From the NCBI RefSeq assembly GCF_001194135.2, contig NC_068985.1:9315035-9379034 (forward strand): DNA of 64,000 bases, written 5' to 3'. Both the position numbers and the translations under genes were made by a program. The DNA comes from Octopus bimaculoides (taxonomy: Eukaryota). This document shows, piece after piece, positions 50,153 through 62,800 of this stretch. A model generated the notes under the pieces. It searched no databases. It worked only from the letters and a program-made list of their open reading frames with translations, and had not been told where the DNA came from. The number at the start of each line of letters is the position of its first letter. The stretch's first letter is position 1.

Positions 50153-51991
50153 CTACGACGACCTGCCTTAGACTCCTTATTTAACCAGGAGCATAACAAC
50201 GGTCCTTCCGTAGCACTTACATAGCCTTACCTGCCTTTTGGGTCTTCTGGATACCAAAACACCTCGTGCCCACAAAGCAAAGCCTTGTGGACAGACGTGA
50301 GGAAACACTCAGAACTCAAGGAATCTGAGAAAACGTTAATGAGTAAGGGTTGTACACATTCACTCAAACACAACAGATTTTTTTCAGTTTTGGTCAGCCT
50401 CAGACTATAGCAGAAGACACTCGCCTAAGCTGTCACACAGTGGGACTGAACCCAGAACCATGTGGTTGAGAAACAAACATCTTACCACACAGCCATGCCT
50501 GCTCGTTTCTTAAGTAATTCCATAGTGAGTGGCTCTACCCTGTGGTGGGTACCCTGTTTATTGTTAATCCTAATTTAAATTTTCAAGAAAAAATGATTCA
50601 GTTTTCTTCGAAACTCTTCAAAGATATTTTTTAGTGCATGGAACTTTGAACTTCTATAGCCCCAGGCCTACTGAAGTGGATTTAGTAGACAGAAACTGAA
50701 AAAAACTTGCCATACGTGCATGCGTGTGTGTTTGTCTTGGCAGGTGATACTTGTAAGCAGGTGCCATTTTTTTTTCTAGTCTCCTATGAGAATATTTCCA
50801 GCCAAGGAGAAATAGTTCACTTGACAACTGGTGAATGTTGGCAACAGGGAAAGCATCCAGCCATAGAAAATCTGCCTCAATGAACTCCATCTCACCGATG
50901 GTAATGATTAGATATCATGTTTAACACGCAACCTTAACAGGAATTTTAACAGCCTAACATTTATATAACTTTATAAGGAAATGCAGAACCCACTGATGAT
51001 ATGCTTGTCCTTTATGGAAGTTGAGCATAAAATTACTTGAAGTCAACTAAGCTATTGAGAATTGTATTAAAATACAGATTCCCGTTGCTGTTTTTGAAAG
51101 TTACAAATGTCGGTTATGTTACACAGAGATAGACATTTACTTCCAGGTTAGCTTGGGAAATGTTGAAATGTTTTTAATTTGACTGCAAAGTTGAGAATAG
51201 CATAGTATTAAAAGAAAAAAACAGATTTTTAATGGAATCTTTGGCCACATATGGAATTCATTTTCACTAGAATATGTGTGCAGATGTATGTGTTATTGTT
51301 GTCCTCATTTGAGAAGACAAGCAAGCAACACATTCCAGTTTGTTTATTGTTATTCAATACAAATACAACAAAGTTGTGTCTAAAGATGAATGAACACAAA
51401 GCAATAAAGCAGAAATAGCAATTAATATGATATATATTTTCATAAGGGACCCGTATATGGTCGGTTGACCTTCTAGAATTAATAGCTGAAGCTTCATGAA
51501 ATCATATCCAGCCATCTTAGTAAATGACACACTTGATAGTCTGTGTTAGTGTTATTATCATCCTTGTTTAGCATCCTCTTTTTCTTGCTTGCATGAGTTG
51601 GACGGAGTTTATTGAGGCAGACGTTAAACGATGATGATGGTTTCTGACAAATGACGCCATTTTGTATGAATGGTGGCTTTGTTTGCAATCAGTGAGCAAA
51701 TACCAAGACCAGATTTGCATATACACATATGGAGACCCATTTATTCATCAGTCTCCAGTGTTATTATTACTGTTGCTTTCCACCCACCCCTTTTTCTTTT
51801 GTCTTCTCACTAATCACCTCCCCCCACCTGACCCTATTATATTTCTTTCCCTTTCCCAAATGGTATTCACCACTTCCTGCATTCTTCTCCTCTATCCCCA
51901 TCTCTAACCATCTGTCACTCCTTTAATACCTACCTACCTACCCATCCACTCTTCCCCATATCTCTACCCCTATTCTGTCTTACACTGCCCT

Positions 51992-52340
51992 TCATCATCA
52001 TCATCATTGTTAATGTCCATTTTCCATGCTGGCATGGGTTGGACAGTTTGACTAGGGGCTGGCAAGCCAGGTGGCCGCATCAGGCACCAATCTGATCTGG
52101 CAGTGTTTCTACAGCACAGGAGCCAGTCAGGCGGCACTGGCATCGGCCACATTCAGATGGTGATTTTTACATGCTACAGGCACAGGAGCCAGTCAGAGCG
52201 GGGGTGCTGGCATCAACCACACTCAAATGGTGCTCTTTACATGTGACTGGCGTGGGTACCAGTCAGGTGGCACTGGCATCGACCACACACAAATGGTGCT
52301 TTTTACATTCTACCAGCATGAGTGCCAGTCAGGTGGCACA
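51992..52340 (-). mobile_element. Family D repeat just upstream of TRMT10A exon 2
   Basis: (cat)n tail on the left; internal ~60-bp gccagtc..ggcactggc subrepeats. Confidence 0.8.
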
Positions 52341-52413
52341 ATATATAAAAATGGCTAGTTGAAATGTGTAAAGTAGATACAGTTCCATCTATGTTTGTTT
52401 AATATATTTTCAG

Positions 52414-52579
52414 GAAACATGAACGGCTGAAAAAGAAGAAACGTAAAGCAGAAGCAGTTGAGAAAGGGCTCGATGTGGGTCCCTCTAGAAAAGCTTTGAA
52501 ACAAAATTCCATGAAGCAATCTAAATGCCAAATGAAAGTTGTCATTGACTGTTCATTTGATAGTTTCATGTCTGAAAAG
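52414..52579 (+). CDS. TRMT10A: TRMT10A coding exon 2
   Basis: ttttcag|G AAA...KVVIDCSFDSFMSEK|gtaggt. IDCSFD is the conserved Trm10 motif; phase matches exon 1. Confidence 0.95.
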
Positions 52580-52619
52580 GTAGGTCTTGCCAACATTATC
52601 TTTCCAATATTATTAGTGT

Positions 52620-53050
52620 TATCATCATCATCATTGTTTAACGTCCGCTTTCCATGCTAGCATGGGTTGGACGATTTGACCGAGGACTGGTGAGCCAGAT
52701 GGCTGCACCAGGCTTCAATCTGATCTGGCAGAGTTTCTACAGCTGGATGCCCTTCCTAACGCCAACCACTCCCAGAGTGTAGTGGGTGCTTTTACGTGCC
52801 ACCTGCACAGGAGCCAGTCCAGCGACACTGACAACGACCTAGCTCAAGTGTTTTTTCACGTGCCACTGGCACGGAAGCCAGACAGCTGCTCTGGCAATGA
52901 TCACGCTCAGACGGTGCTGTTAGTGCTCCACTGGCACAGGTGCCATTCATCGAATATGGTTCAATTTCGATTTCACTTGCCCCAACAGGTCTTCACAAAC
53001 AGAGTTTAGTGTCCAATGAAGGAGCGGTTGGCATGGGTGCCAGTCGTCGA
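52620..53050 (-). mobile_element. Family D repeat just downstream of TRMT10A exon 2
   Basis: gtttaacgtccgctttccatgctagcatgggttggacg...ggatgcccttcctaacgccaacc. Confidence 0.85.
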
Positions 53051-53244
53051 ATTTGGTTTGATTTCGATATAATTCTCTATTTTAATCATTGTCATTGGCG
53101 GTTAGCGTCAGCGTTTGGCATTAAGAAAGGGATCCTGCTATAGAAGACAAGTCAAAGCAGACATTGAAACTTGGCACGGTCTGCTGGCTCTTTGGATTCT
53201 ATCAAGCTGTCTAATCCATGCCAACATAGGAGATGGACATTAAA

Positions 53245-54200
53245 TAATGATGCCAGTGCTGGTGGCACGTAAAATGCACAATTTGTGCGTGGTCGATGCC
53301 AGTGCTGGTGGCACGTAAAATGCACGATTTGTGCGTGGTCGATGCCAGTGCTGCCTGGCTGTAAAAAGCACCCACTATACTCTCGGATTGGTTGACATTA
53401 GTGGATTGGAGCCTGGTGCAGCCTCTGGTTTGCCAGTCCTCAGTCAAACCATCAAACCCATACCAGCATGGAAAGCAGACGTTAAGCGATGATGGTGATG
53501 AAAGTTGTTTCCATGAATAGGCACAAGTGTGGTTGTGTGGTAAGAAGTCTGCTTCCCAACCTCATGGGTTCCAGGTTCAGTCCCACTGTGTGGCACCTTG
53601 CGTGTCTTCTACTCTTGCCCTTATGAATGGACATCCATCATCATATATACCAGGCATTAGCCATCAGTAATTACTCAGGGTAGGCAGTTGGTGACATTTA
53701 AGTAGTAAAACACAAAAAATAAGCGAAACACAGCTGTGTGACTGAGTTGAAGGCAGATTTACTTCTGCCTTTATAACACGTAAAGGAAACAGTGTTGTAG
53801 GAGTGTACGCAGTACGTGTACTACAGCAGTATTATGCATAGCTTAAATACTGAGATTGAAAAGCAGGGGCAACAGCGTCGCCTTACTGACACTTGAAAAA
53901 ACATTTGAGCGAGGTTGTTGCCAATGCCACTGGACTGGCTCCTGTGCAGGTGGCACGTAAAAAACACCATTTTGAGCATGGCCGTTGCCAGTACCATGTG
54001 ACTGGCCCCCATGCCGGTGGCACGTAAAAGCACCCACTACACTCTCAGAGTGGTTGGCGTTAGGAAGGGCATCCAGCTGTAGAAACTCTGCCAGATCAGA
54101 ATGGAGTCTGGTGCAGCCATCTGGCTCGCTAGTCCTCAGTCAAATTGTCCAACCCATGCTAGCATGGAAGGCAGACGTTAAACAATAATGATGATGATGA
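53245..54200 (+). repeat. Two plus-strand family D copies (53245-53500 with a 46-bp tandem unit; 53885-54200)
   Basis: Reverse-complement matches to 52620-53050. Confidence 0.85.
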
Positions 54201-54642
54201 ATCAGAGTAACCTTCATAATTTTATTGAATTAGGTGCATATTTTGCTATAAAAGGAAAATGTTGCTATCGATCTATTTTATTCAAGGTAGGCACTGCTAA
54301 CCTAGGAGGCATGTTCCTGGAATATACATATGCGTGTGTTGCTATCTCCTTGCTAACAATGTCTTTCATATCCAATCTTCCATGAAAACATGTCCGGTCT
54401 TGGGGAAATATTACCTTCCTTTGAAACAGGTAATGATAGGCAACAGGGAGGAGACCTCACTGTAGAAGATCTGCCTTGATGAAATTCTGTCTGACCCATA
54501 CGACCACGGGTAGGTGGACAGTGGTACGATGGTGATGTAATAACCCTGTTATCTATGCCTACCGAATTCTAATTACTCTTAGAATCAGCTAAAAATTCCT
54601 TAGTTCTTGAAATTGTGCATTTTTTTATATTCATATTTAATT

Positions 54643-54923
54643 CAGTTCTATATTTAAGAGAATAGGAATTGTGTACATTATTTACATTTGACGGATATTT
54701 GTCCTTATCTTGTTTGTTGTTAACACAACGTTTCGGCTGATATACCCTCCAGCCTTCATCAGGTGTCTTGGGGAAATTTCGAACCTGGGTTATCATTCCT
54801 AAGGTAATTTTCAATGCTACTATTATTATTATTATTGTTATTGTTCAGGTCACTGCTTGGAATTGAACTCGGAAAGTTGGGGTTAGTAACCCGCACTTTT
54901 AACCACTATGTCATATGCCCGTG
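54643..54923 (-). mobile_element. tRNA-headed, hammerhead-bearing SINE-like element with an inverted partial tail at 54925-54992
   Basis: A-box TAGTGGTTAA and B-box GAGTTCAATTCC in 54845-54921, an (AAT)n spacer, then the hammerhead. About 68 bp of the 3' part is repeated in inverted orientation just upstream of the head. Confidence 0.7.
54722..54767 (-). ncRNA. Minimal type-I hammerhead ribozyme (Penelope-like-element type)
   Basis: Minus strand reads GACAC-CUGAUGA-A-GGCUG-gaggguauau-CAGCC-GAAA-C-GUU-GUGUU. Stem I is GACAC/GUGUU, stem II is GGCUG/CAGCC, the core is intact, and a palindromic ACGU replaces stem III. Confidence 0.8.
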
Positions 54924-55014
54924 AGTATATCAGCCGAAACGTTGTTGACAACAAACAAGATGAGGACAAATATCCATCAAATGTAAATAACGTATTTATT
55001 TTGTTCAATTCCAG

Positions 55015-55086
55015 GATGTCATGAAGCTTGTGAAGCAGTTACAGAGCTGCTACTCACTGAACCGACGTGCGGAGAACCCCCTTCAG
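55015..55086 (+). CDS. TRMT10A: TRMT10A coding exon 3
   Basis: ttccag|DVMKLVKQLQSCYSLNRRAENPLQ|gtaatg, 72 nt; matches the KQxQxCY..NRR motif. Confidence 0.95.
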
Positions 55087-55121
55087 GTAATGTCACAAAC
55101 ATTAAGTATTTTTTACTCATT

Positions 55122-55485
55122 TCAGGCATTAGACTGCGACCATGCTGGGGCACCACCTTGAAGAATTTTTAGTCGAATGAGGTGACCCCAGTACTTGTTT
55201 TTTTTTTAAACTTGATACTTATTCTATCAGTCTCTTTTGCCGAGCCACTAAGCTACAGGGATGTAAACACACCAACACTGGTTGATATGTGGTGATGTGA
55301 GACAAAAACGCACTCATAGCTATATATATACACACACACATACACATGGCCAGCTTCTTACAGTCTCCATCTACCAAATCCATTTACAAGGCTATGGTTG
55401 GCCTGAAACAATAGAAGGCCCCAGCTCAAGGTGCCATGCAGTGAGACTGAACCCTGGACCATCTGGTTGGGAAACAAGCTTATCA
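55122..55485 (-). mobile_element. SINE family C in TRMT10A intron 3
   Basis: Family C motifs with an internal (TA)n(CA)n. Confidence 0.8.
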
Positions 55486-56127
55486 GTATCACAGTCTTCC
55501 TTGTTACTATTTCTCCTCTGCTTCCTTTTCCGGTACCTCCATACGCCCCCCCCCTCCCAACCTGTTGCATATCGCCTTTCCACATCCAGTGGGCCTTATT
55601 AATAGCAGTTGCTATTTTCATACTGGCTTCTTAAATAACAAAGGTTTTTCTTCCACAGACTTCTTTCTCTTTTGCCTTACCCTACAAGGACACTCAACCG
55701 GCTGGAAATAGCAACTAAATCCCAGCCAAATTACAACCACACCATCGAAATATTTGGACATACACACTAGATGTTGTAGATCCAGAGACATCATATCTGA
55801 AAATAAAACTGTGTGGTCATGGCTGGAACAGTTTTGATTCATAAGATCTGTTTGCTCAATCTGAGTTGCTCTTGGTATTAAACGACATGTCAATTAGCTC
55901 TTCCTCACCCAGACACTTAAGTGTCAAATGTTATGACCTCTCCTTGTTTCCCTTGCACAAAATGATACAAACAGACTCCTAAATGCAATTTAAGATGTCA
56001 ATGAGAGCTGAAACTAAGAATAAAACATCAGAGTCAGGCTTATACAGGCTCTGATGGCCATCATAAAACCATGCAGTTTCTCACCAAATGCATTTGTATG
56101 ACTGTATTAGCTGTAAGAGCTTAGAAA

Positions 56128-56600
56128 TACGTGACCTGATCAATAAGTGTCCGAACTGTTGCCATAGTAAAGAAGCCAAACTGCACAGATTGACCTTCAG
56201 CTCACTTCCATTGTTTACAGCAGTGCTTGGAAGGAAGGTGTGTAGCATGTGATTGTCCCATTGACCATTACAGAGAAAGCTGAGCAGAGAATCTGCATCA
56301 AATTTTGCTAAAAGCTTGGCGATACCAGTTCAGAGGCCTATGCAAAGTTTTCAAAAGGTTTTTCATCTTTCTCAACACAATTGAGATCTTGTGCAAGTGA
56401 AACCCGAGTGTCTTTTTGGTCAGCCGAAACCAGCTTTGGCACAAACTTGGCAGACACGTGTCTCATACCAAATCTTCAGTGATAATAGACTGAACTGAAC
56501 TGTAACTAATCTACACATCCTCTGACAACTCACGGATGGTGATTCGACGATTTTCCCTCACAGCTGCACACACATTAGCCGTACAAGTTTGGTAGTGTCC
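56128..56600 (-). mobile_element. Mariner fragment (irritans-like) in TRMT10A intron 3
   Basis: TIR tacgtgacctgatcaataagtgtccgaactg, related to the 12727 element. Minus-strand relic RENRRITIRELSE...SAKFVPKL. Confidence 0.7.
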
Positions 56601-57153
56601 ACAGCATGCATGGGAAACCTTCTACAAGAAGCGGACCACATGAGAAATGTCCATACTATGAAAAAATTCAAGGTATTTTTTGTAAAAAATAAAAAAGTTT
56701 TGAATGGTACAGCAATGCACTATAATACAAAAAATGGACTATATACTTGTTGTAATTTAGTTATCCATAGTCCAATGATATTTCGGAATAAAATTCCTTT
56801 TTTTTTTTTCTTAAGCATGCCATTCAGAAAGTCCTGCAGGGTGCAGTTTGCCCATGACCAATCTATAGAATTGATGGTCAGTACCCTCACCTCCTATCCT
56901 GACTAATTAATATGTCTGTCTGGGAGTTTCATAGCTAATCACTACTGTCCTCATTTACTTGCTACTTTGATTAACGTATTGAAAATATAAAAAATGAAGA
57001 ATGCAAGTGCACAAGTTTTGTAGCATCACAGTTTTTTTTGGGTATCTCGCAAACAAACACTCAAAGAAGCTGGTGAAGATTTTGGCTCTTTTGTAGAGAC
57101 ATGAAAACAGTTCATTCATAATATTCTCATTTTGGTTATTCTCTCTCTTACAG

Positions 57154-57225
57154 CTCTACATTTGTGGATGCAGTGGCAAGACTCAGGAAAGATTAGACAA
57201 CATTGGTGACTGCAGTAGATGGGAT
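57154..57225 (+). CDS. TRMT10A: TRMT10A coding exon 4
   Basis: ctcttacag|LYICGCSGKTQERLDNIGDCSRWD|gtaagc, 72 nt, in phase. Confidence 0.85.
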
Positions 57226-59942
57226 GTAAGCCAACATGATTATTGATTTGGTTTTTGTTTCTTTTTTTTTTTTTTTTTTCTAGAAGTACCACTCTTCCCA
57301 AATTGGGTGGTATTGCTCCCCTNNNNNNNNNNAAGGGAATATTGAAGAAAAGTGGGACGATAATGAGGTAATGGTTCATGTAAAAACAACAAAATGATGG
57401 CTTCGTTAGGTTAAGTTTTATTTGTGAAATACAGTTGCTTTGAATTTGCTTCAGAAAGAGGTCTATGTTTGTGATGGTTAGTTGGTAGGTGGGGGCGCTA
57501 GGAAGGTAGCCTGGCTGTCAAGGGGGTGGCAGCCTGAAAAAGTTTGGGAACCACTGCTCTATAGAAACAAGTAACCTTTGACTTTCTATTTAATTTATTA
57601 ATGGAAAAATGTTTTGCAAGATTTGTTTCTGCTCTCAATGATCTAAGTTCAAATTCTGCTGAGCTCAAACTATTTGAATGTCAGATTAACACTTTATTTA
57701 AACATTAAAGACCCTCCCCCTCTTCGGTCACAAATTACCATGGGATTGAACCTAGAAAGTTCCCCTCTGAGGTACAAGTCCAGGCTAGGTTATTTATGGA
57801 GGACCAGCAGTCACTCATGCATACCAAGGGGAAAGGCAAAGACACAGCTTGGCACCAGTGACATTGTGACTCATTTCCACAGCTGAGTGAAATGGGGCAA
57901 TGTGAAATAAAGTGTCTTGCTCAAGAACACAGCACATAACCCAGTCTGGGAATTGAACTCACGGCCTCATGATTGTGAGCCTGACACTCTAACCACTGAG
58001 CCATTTAAATATTATAACATCGTTTATGATACGATAATTTGAAATGGCTCACATAGGATACAATGTTTCATATGTTGTTGGTGAATATCTCAAGGTCAGT
58101 CTTCATTGATTAGGCCTGTAACAAATGTAATTTCAGTAATGACTGTTCCATATTCTAATTGTGACAACATCATCCAATGCATTCCTATTTTTAAAAGCCA
58201 GTAGGGGGTGATCTGATGTAAATTTGGCAATAATGACATCTGGGGAGAAATGGGAAAGCTGCACCGTGTCATCAGAAGTTACTTATGACATATTGTGTGT
58301 ATGTTTGATTGAGTCTGTCCCAAGAACTTGGAGTTCTTGCAAATGTCCCTGTCAAGAGTGAAGGCACATTTCACTCAATCACCTCCAATGCTGCCTGGTG
58401 AGATGTGTGAAGGGGTCGGCTGTTTTTAACACTCTGCAAAGAGTTTTGGCACTAAAAGCAGCTTTATATAAGGCACAAAGAGAAGATTCTAGAAAATGGA
58501 ATCAAGCAATGGTTTAACACTAATTGGTTGCTTAATGGACCGATCACAGGAAACTTGTGGTTGGCTCATAATATCTGACCGTGTATCCAGAGATTCTGTT
58601 TCAAATCCCTGCTACATACAGATTCGAAAAGAACGTTGATGGCAACAGTTTTCGATATGCAAGCCATTCAGAAAGTCCTGCAATTTACAATTTTTCCATG
58701 ATTAATATATTGTCTAAAATAATCTCTATGGATTAAGCCAAGTCCTTGGAACTCGCTCTTAGCAATTATTAACAAACTGAGCTATACGAGGGGAATAACC
58801 CTTGTCACTGTTCTGTAAATGCTTGACTGTGATAAAAAAAAATTTCCCTGTTGTATCTCTTTGTGAAGATACATTCCTTAATTTTAATCAGGTAAATTTC
58901 AGTTTTGCTAAAGTTACAATGTACTCACTTTGAAATTACTATTTTCATTTGTAGTCACTCAGAAATACAAATATTGTAGTTCTCCCGTAGATGGCGCCCT
59001 TAAGTTAATGATATATTCAAAAATGGATTCTACATGCTTACCTCAAATTTACATCAACTTGAGTCTTTTGCACCTTTAAATTTTCTGTTGTTTCTTTTTT
59101 TAAAGAAGTTAATGAAACAAAAATAAACTTCAACTTCAGTTGATTTAGGTCGATCTTAGCAAATGTAATTAAAAGTGTAAATATTTAAAAGACTTGAAAA
59201 GAAATATTGAAGTGGAAAACTCAAATAAAATACATGTAAAAATATGTACAAATTATTTATTAAAACAGATAAAAGCTAATAATTTCTGTATAAATGTCCA
59301 GAATCTTCTTTTGTGTGTGTTTTTTTTTTTTTTTTTNNNNNNNNNNNNNNNNNNNNNNNNNNNNNNNNNNNNNNNNNNNNNNNNNNNNNNNNNNNNNNNN
59401 NNNNNNNNNNNNNNNNNNNNNNNNNNNNNNNNNNNNNNNNNNNNNNNNNNNNNNNNNNNNNNNNNNNNNNNNNNNNNNNNNNNNNNNNNNNNNNNNNNNN
59501 NNNNNNNNNNNNNNNNNNNNNNNNNNNNNNNNNNNNNNNNNNNNNNNNNNNNNNNNNNNNNCCCCCCCCCTTTTTTTTTCCTTTTTTGTTTCTGTGATGA
59601 GGGAGTTCTTGATAATTTCATCATTTATACCCATGTTTTTTTCTTTCTTTCCTTCCTGTAAAAATCATCACCGTTTAGCATCCACTTTCCATGCTGGTAC
59701 AGGTTCCCGAAACTGGTAAGCCAGAGAGCTATACCAGTTCCAGTCTGATTTTGGCTTGGCTTCTATGGCTGGGTGCCCTTCCTAATGTCAGCCACTCCAA
59801 AAGTGTAGTGGCTGCCTTTTACGTGTTACTGGCACTGGCCACCACTATGATTGTTAACAAAAGCAAAGTCTATTTCAAAAACACAAACGAAAAAATGGAA
59901 AAAAATCAAACGTTGTTTACATTTTTTTTTGTTTTTTTTTAG

Positions 59943-60089
59943 GTGAACTTCTCTCCTGAAAAGTACAGTGAATTGTTTGACAAAAGCTCTCTTATTTATT
60001 TGTCTAGTGAATCAGACAATGTCTTAGATGATCTTCAAGAAGACAAGGTCTATGTGATTGGAGGTCTTGTGGACCACAATCATTATAAG
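59943..60089 (+). CDS. TRMT10A: TRMT10A coding exon 5
   Basis: tttttag|VNFSPEKY...LIYLSSES...[14 protein letters not shown]|gtaagg. Contains SPOUT SAM-binding motifs and the conserved Asp. Confidence 0.97.
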
Positions 60090-60594
60090 GTAAGGAAATA
60101 ATGCTTTCCATGACATTGATCTATCTTGATTCTTGCCTGGGCTGGTGGACAGGCACTTTTTCTTCCTCTTATTTCAGGCAAATGTAGTCTTCTCTAGCCT
60201 TACACTGATAAAAGCCTTGTGAATGAGTTAGGTAGACAGAAACTGAAGGAAGACTATCATATGTGTGTGTGTATCAAGGGTTAAACAGAAAGAATATAAG
60301 GAAAAGTAGTTTAGACAAAAGCAGAGCAAACAGGAAACTAGACGAAAACTTAACGGACGGGAAATTGGACAAAGACACAATACACGAAATATTCACTGCT
60401 GAGTTTTCCTTGTCGGATAATGACGCAAAATATCATAGCAGCTTCATGCCAATTACCATTGAGACCACTCAGTTTTGCAGGCACCAGTGCTTTTATTAAG
60501 CTACTGGGGAAAAAGCTGGCAAATGTATACTGACATTATATGAATACAACAGACAAAGAATTATGCATATATATATATATATGTATATTTATAG

Positions 60595-60940
60595 GCACGG
60601 GAGTGGTTGTGTGGTAAGTAGCTTGCTTACCAACCACATGGTTCTGGGTTCAGTCCCACTGTGTGGCACTTTGGGTGTCTTCTACTCCAGCCTCAAGCCA
60701 ACCAAAGCCTTGTGAGTGGATTTGGTAGGTGGAATTTGAAAGAAGCGTGTCATATGTATATATTTCTGTGTCTGTGTTTGTCCCCCACCATCACTTGATA
60801 ACTGATGTTAGTGTGTTTATGTCCCCGTAACTTAGCAGTTCGGCAAAGAGACCAATAGAATAAGTACTAGGCTTACAAAGAATAAGTCCCGCTGCCAGTT
60901 AGTTTGGTTGAAGGTGGTGCTCCAACATGGTCACAGTCAG
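60595..60940 (+). mobile_element. SINE family C in TRMT10A intron 5
   Basis: ggcacgggagtggttgtgtggtaag...ggttcagtcccactg...gaataagtactaggcttacaaag. Confidence 0.85.
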
Positions 60941-61544
60941 ATAGGCAGCTATATGCAATATACAACCAAAAAGGAAAAATTCAATTGTAACAGACGGTGC
61001 AGGATAGCCCCTACATTACTAGAAATAAGTCAAAATCCCTTACAACTGCAAAGAAGCACATGTCTATGCACTGACAGGAGAGATAACCACTTCACAGCAA
61101 ACGAGATCACTATACTAATCTAGTTTCGCCAACCACTTTTCAGCATGTACTGGGTGCTTTTATGTGACCACTGGTGCTTTTCACATGACACCATCACCCA
61201 CAAGCCCATAAGACGAGAATCACTCAGCTGAAGCGGGATGTAGGGAACATGCCTGCATGCAAGGGCAGCCGCGATTTTACTGAGCATGATGTGCGTTCTC
61301 AAGTAACTCATCGCCAGGATTTGGTATGGCAGTGTGTAATGTAAACATTCAAACATCCTTGACTTGGATTCCAGAAAATTTGGTATTTCGTAGAAATATC
61401 CTCATTTTCACCAATGTTTCATTTTGCAGTCATTACTTGGGATAGGATTATATTAAGTTGGATGGAGTTTTCATTTACATTATAGTTTTTTTGTTTTGTT
61501 TTTGTTTGTCTCAGTTAACTTTTTCACAATTTATTTTGTTCCAG

Positions 61545-61650
61545 GGTCTTTGCCATCGTCTGGCAGTGGAGGCCAGCATCTCTCATGCCCAACTCCCCAT
61601 ATCACAGTATTTAGAAATGAAGTCCAGGAAGGTGCTCACAGTGAACCACG
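61545..61650 (+). CDS. TRMT10A: TRMT10A coding exon 6
   Basis: gttccag|GLCHRLAVEASISHAQLPISQYLEMKSRKVLTVNH G|gtaagt, phase 1. Confidence 0.97.
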
Positions 61651-62052
61651 GTAAGTCTAGCCCTTCGTTAGTCCTTTACTAAACCCACAGTAAACACGTC
61701 TCTCTTGGTTTCGTCAATGGTGATCCAGTTTGATCATCTGAACTTCTTTCTCATTCTACAAGTGGCTGGGTATTCCACAGGCACATAGTACTGTTTGACA
61801 TGGCTGGACCTTAAGAATTACTGGTACAATCCATCTGACATCTTTGTTCAATGTCTGACTAACATGTCCACATGTGTCACAAAACTGATGTCTTGTATGC
61901 ATTTTCTTATCATTGACAAACATGTACGGATCTGGTTAGAAGCTTACTTCCCAACCTCATAGTTCCATGTTGAGTCCCGCTGCATGGTACCTTGTCCAAG
62001 TGTCTTCTACTATAGCCCCAAGTTAATTAAGGAAACTGAAAGAAACCCATTG

Positions 62053-62265
62053 TATGAGGGGGTGCTGAAAAGTTCTTGGCTTTGGATAAAAGAAAATACA
62101 GGAGGATCAGTTAATTAAGGTTTTGTTCAACATATTTCCCTCTCAAATTCACACATTTATTGCAGCAGTGTTTCTGTTTTTCTAAAGAACTCCAAAGGTT
62201 TGGCCCCCCCCAACCAGGCCTTTTGCAATATCCTTAAAGCCAGGATCATTTCAGTGCCCCCTCAA
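62053..62265. mobile_element. Mariner-type MITE (a related 5' fragment lies at ~283-410)
   Basis: TIRs tgagggggtgctgaaaagttcttggcttt / aaagccaggatcatttcagtgccccctca. Confidence 0.75.
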
Positions 62266-62800
62266 AAAAAAATTGCATAATGTATGCTTGTTTGAGTCTC
62301 CTTGTCTTGGCATTGTGTGATAGTTATAAAAATGCTTGTCTCTTCATATAAACAGTGCCTTTCATTTCCATTACTCTGCAAGAACTTTGCATGAAAATTG
62401 ACGAGGGTTAGCAACAGGAAGGACATCCAGCCATAGAAAACCTGCCTCAGTAAAATCCAGCCGTGGATGTTTACCACAGGAAAGACACCCAACTTTGAAA
62501 ACATTTTAATCCAGCCATTATCCAATAATTTCAAAAGATCACCTACAAATCCCAGTTGTCATATAACATATGAAAAATATCTTGAGTGCATTCCGTGCTC
62601 TTAAATCAACAAAATGGTTTAATAACTGTGTTTGCTGTAGATAGGTTTGCATGATAGTGAATATTTTGAAAAAGACAGTGGGTGTATCAAGGGGGAGATA
62701 ATTAACTGCACAGTAACTATGGGCAGTTTTTTTCTTCAATAAATGTTGAAATGAGCTATGGGTCTGTCTGGTGGTTTATCTTTAACTCCTTAGCATTCAG

